Notes under the pieces: generated by a model | What the model was told of the DNA's origin: nothing | The model's input: the letters and a program-made list of their open reading frames with translations, nothing else | Databases searched by the model: none | Program-made: the position numbers and the translations under genes | Shown: in pieces, positions 61,154 to 64,000 of the stretch | Layout of the letters: each line of letters begins with the position of its first letter | How positions within the stretch are numbered: position 1 is the stretch's first letter | Virus record (IMG/VR): IMGVR_UViG_2596583697_000001 | Span: 32,001-96,000 of that record | Strand: one strand, 5' to 3' | From: a virus | Taxonomy: Duplodnaviria > Caudoviricetes | Length of the DNA stretch: 64,000 nucleotides

Positions 61154-64000
61154 ATATTTACACATTTACATGTTCATACGTTATATAGTTTATTGGACGC
61201 AAATATAAAGATTGATGAATTGTTTGAACGTATTCTGGAACTTGGCCAAAAGTCAATTGCAATAACAGATCATGGGAATATGTACGGTGCTGTTGAGTTT
61301 TATAAAAAAGCTAAAGAAAAAGGCGTTAAACCAATAATCGGATGTGAGTGTTATATCTGTTCGGACGTTACTGTTATGAGCAGAGAAAATACAATGTACC
61401 ATCTAATACTATTGGCAAAAGACGAAACTGGACGACAAAATCTACAGAAGTTAGTGAAAGAATCTACTAAGTATAAATTCAATAAGCGACCACGGATTGA
61501 TTTTAACATGTTGCAAAAATATCACAATGGACTAATATGTTTAAGCGCTTGTATGGCGGGCGAAGTATCGAGAGCGCTCACATCAGGAAATCTCGAAATG
61601 GCAGCAAATATCGCAAAAAAATATAAAGATTTGTTTGGTGATGATTATTACATAGAGTATCAAGCACATGAAGAATCTGCCCAGCAGGAGCTTAACAAAA
61701 AATTGGTAAGTTTGGCTAACATGCTTGATATCAAATACGTTGTAACGTGCGATTCTCATTATTTAACCGTAGAAGATCAAAAATATCATAGTATATTCGT
61801 AAAAATAGGGCAAACAAGAGAAGCCGGAGAAATATACAATGACTGTTATGTACAGTCTGAAGATGAAGTCAAAGAAAAATGCCAAAGCACATTCGAATAT
61901 AACTTGATTGCAATAGCAAATACACAAGAAATAGTAGATAAATGCAATGTAGATTATCCACTTTCTGCCCCAATTATACCACATACCGATATTCCGAAAT
62001 CTTATAAATCTGAAAAACAATATTTGAAGAGCCTGTGTAATACTGGTTTTAAAAATAAAGGTTTTTTTGATTGGAATTTAGAACAATGGAAACAGTATAT
62101 GACTCAAGTTGTATCTGACGAAATTGGTAATGAGACAAAAAAAGAATTTGTACACTTCGATACAGCAGAAGAGGTTGTTAAGATTTACAAAGATAGGGCT
62201 AAATATGAGATAGATGCTGTATTGAAAATGGGGTTTGAAGGTTATTATTTATTAGTTCACAGTTATATTGCATCTGCAAAACGGAGGGGAATAGCGAGGG
62301 GAAGTGCAGGTGGCTCTTTATTAGCATATCTCAGTGGCATAGTAGATATTGATCCCATTAAGTATGGATTATACTTTGAAAGATTTATTGACGTTGGAGC
62401 TTTGGATTTACTTGAATCAAATCAGATTACAAAGAATGAGTTAAAAATACCAGATGTAGACGCAGACTTTTCTCCTAAAGATAGAGACAAGGTAATGAAA
62501 TACATTATAGACACTTATGGTTGGGAGAACGTTGTATGCCTTGGGGTATTTCAATACATTTGGGCGAAAGGTGCAATTAAAGATATTGGCAAAGTCCTTG
62601 GTATACCATTTGAAATTACAAATGAAATGACAAAATTGCTTGATGACGAAACAATTGATGAAGCACTGGAGAATGGAGTACTGGACTCATATATAAACGA
62701 CTATCCAGAATTATTTGAATATGCCTCTAAGCTGTCTGGATTGCCTAAATCATTTGGTATGCACCCTTGTGGAAAGGTGATTTGTATGAAAAATGCAGAT
62801 TATTACAGCGCACTTGAGTATGTTCCAGATAAAGACGTTTGGGTTTTACAGGGGGATATGCACACAGCGGACGATTTAGGGCTTGTAAAGATAGATCTCC
62901 TTGGTTTACGTACATTAGATGTAATATATGATGTACTTGAAATGATTGGTAAGGATTATGAATTTATAGCCCCGCATAAAATCAATCTTTGTGACAAGAA
63001 GGTTTGGAATGAATTCATGAACGGAAATTCACTTTTAATATTCCAGTTCGAGTCACAGGGAATGAGACAAATGCTTTCAGATATGAAATGTAATAGTATT
63101 GAAAACTTGTCAGCAGCTAATGCGTTATATCGCCCAGGAGCAAAGGCGTATATTCCAAACTATATAGCAAGAAAAAATGGTTTGGAGCCGATTACATATT
63201 TACATGATGACTTGATACCGATATTGGAGAGTACATATGGAATTATAGTATATCAAGAACAGTTGATTGAAATTGGAAAACTTGCTGGATTAAGAAATCC
63301 AGACGAACTTAGGCAAGCCACTGCAAAGAAAAAACCTAAGTTAATGGCAAAGATTGAGCCAGAATTAAAGAGTGGATTAACAAATTCAAGATGGACTAAG
63401 GAACAAGTGGATACTTTGTGGGATGATATATTAGTCTTTGCAAAATACTCATTTAATAAATCGCACTCAGCAGCTTATGCATTAACTGCGTATATAACAA
63501 TGTATTTAAAGGTACATTATCCTACAGAGTTTATTACAGCATACATCAATTCATATGATGGTGATACAAATAAAATTGCCGAAGTATTAGATGAGGCAAA
63601 AAGAATCGGGGTGGTATTTAAGTTTGACGATTGGAAGATTATAAAAGGAAAAACAATGTGTGATGACGGAATTGTATATTTAGGAATCAATACATTAAAG
63701 GGGTTTGGAGAAAATGTATCAAACGGGTTGCAAGAAATAGGAAGACAGTCATACAGCACATTTGTGGATCTTATTAAATTATTTGAGACGCATCCAGATG
63801 TTGATAAATCACAATTTGAGGTAATGATTAAACTCAATTTCTTCCGCGAATATGGAAAGCCAGGTAAATTGTTAAAAATTTATAAGTTGTATAGCGACAT
63901 ATACAATGCAAAAGTCTTTAATAAAGCAAAACTTCCAATTGATGAAAATATCATCAGAAAATATGCAAGAGAGACTGCAAAACAATTTCGAGACATAGAC
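61154..64000 (+). CDS. dnaE: DNA polymerase III alpha subunit (DnaE/YorL-like), ATA start, runs off the right edge
   Basis: Not in ORF track. (I)FTHLHVHTLYSLLD, AITDHG, IIGCE, DSHY, RGSAGGS, FERF, PDVDADF, MHPCG, KIDLLG, YQEQ, FNKSHS. Confidence 0.95.
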   Translation, partial: MFTHLHVHTLYSLLDANIKIDELFERILELGQKSIAITDHGNMYGAVEFYKKAKEKGVKPIIGCECYICSDVTVMSRENTMYHLILLAKDETGRQNLQKLVKESTKYKFNKRPRIDFNMLQKYHNGLICLSACMAGEVSRALTSGNLEMAANIAKKYKDLFGDDYYIEYQAHEESAQQELNKKLVSLANMLDIKYVVTCDSHYLTVEDQKYHSIFVKIGQTREAGEIYNDCYVQSEDEVKEKCQSTFEYNLIAIANTQEIVDKCNVDYPLSAPIIPHTDIPKSYKSEKQYLKSLCNTGFKNKGFFDWNLEQWKQYMTQVVSDEIGNETKKEFVHFDTAEEVVKIYKDRAKYEIDAVLKMGFEGYYLLVHSYIASAKRRGIARGSAGGSLLAYLSGIVDIDPIKYGLYFERFIDVGALDLLESNQITKNELKIPDVDADFSPKDRDKVMKYIIDTYGWENVVCLGVFQYIWAKGAIKDIGKVLGIPFEITNEMTKLLDDETIDEALENGVLDSYINDYPELFEYASKLSGLPKSFGMHPCGKVICMKNADYYSALEYVPDKDVWVLQGDMHTADDLGLVKIDLLGLRTLDVIYDVLEMIGKDYEFIAPHKINLCDKKVWNEFMNGNSLLIFQFESQGMRQMLSDMKCNSIENLSAANALYRPGAKAYIPNYIARKNGLEPITYLHDDLIPILESTYGIIVYQEQLIEIGKLAGLRNPDELRQATAKKKPKLMAKIEPELKSGLTNSRWTKEQVDTLWDDILVFAKYSFNKSHSAAYALTAYITMYLKVHYPTEFITAYINSYDGDTNKIAEVLDEAKRIGVVFKFDDWKIIKGKTMCDDGIVYLGINTLKGFGENVSNGLQEIGRQSYSTFVDLIKLFETHPDVDKSQFEVMIKLNFFREYGKPGKLLKIYKLYSDIYNAKVFNKAKLPIDENIIRKYARETAKQFRDID

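Larger units (their letters stand above)
1..64000. mobile_element. Segment of a large SPbeta-like temperate phage/prophage (no att ends visible in the window)
   Basis: Order RNAP(YonO-like)-HU-YonK-like-phosphoesterase-HU-terminase on one arm and SSB-AAA-helicase-primase-RecJ-DnaE on the other resembles the SPbeta yon/yor blocks; no host housekeeping operons seen. Confidence 0.9.

Noticed and set aside
887-63837. Many short antisense or overlapping ORFs in the track (e.g. 8303-8614, 38015-38500, 54194-54559, 60067-60510, 63517-63837)
   Set aside because: They are shadows of well-supported genes on the opposite strand
61154-64000. Intein or group I intron in dnaE, or in the terminase or helicase
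   Set aside because: Conserved motifs follow at the expected spacing; no intein motifs or frame breaks seen in the parts read

Overview
The whole window is part of a large SPbeta-like temperate phage or prophage of a low-GC Firmicute; the host is probably clostridial, which is an inference. The left arm (1-15.5 kb, minus strand) is a late/packaging block: terminase large subunit, HU, metallophosphoesterase, YonK-like protein, an atypical tRNA-Ser, candidate structured RNAs, a YonO-like single-subunit RNA polymerase, nucleases and a wHTH initiator-like gene. The 15.5-19.6 kb stretch is a mostly non-coding divergence region with HTH regulators. From 19.7 to 52.6 kb (mostly plus strand) lies an array of dozens of small accessory genes, including a TA pair, an intact tyrosine recombinase, a MazF-like gene paired with an MrpR-like repressor, an amidoligase, DNA methyltransferases and a PAPS-reductase-like gene. 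From 54 to 64 kb is the SPbeta-type replication module (SSB-like, AAA ATPase, helicase, primase, RecJ-like, DnaE). Main finding: about 45 copies of an 18-bp palindrome (roughly ATRAAA-N6-TTTYAT) sit at gene boundaries across the accessory array. One copy has apparently recombined with a spacer-matched cryptic site and inverted the 5' end of the PAPS-reductase-like gene. This points to an integron/pdif-like cassette system. Also notable: several genes that seem to need ATA/ATT start codons, a ~400-nt RNA closed by a long stem with heptamer repeats, a twister ribozyme candidate and a frameshifted methyltransferase. All calls were made by eye from motifs and synteny; no database searches were run.
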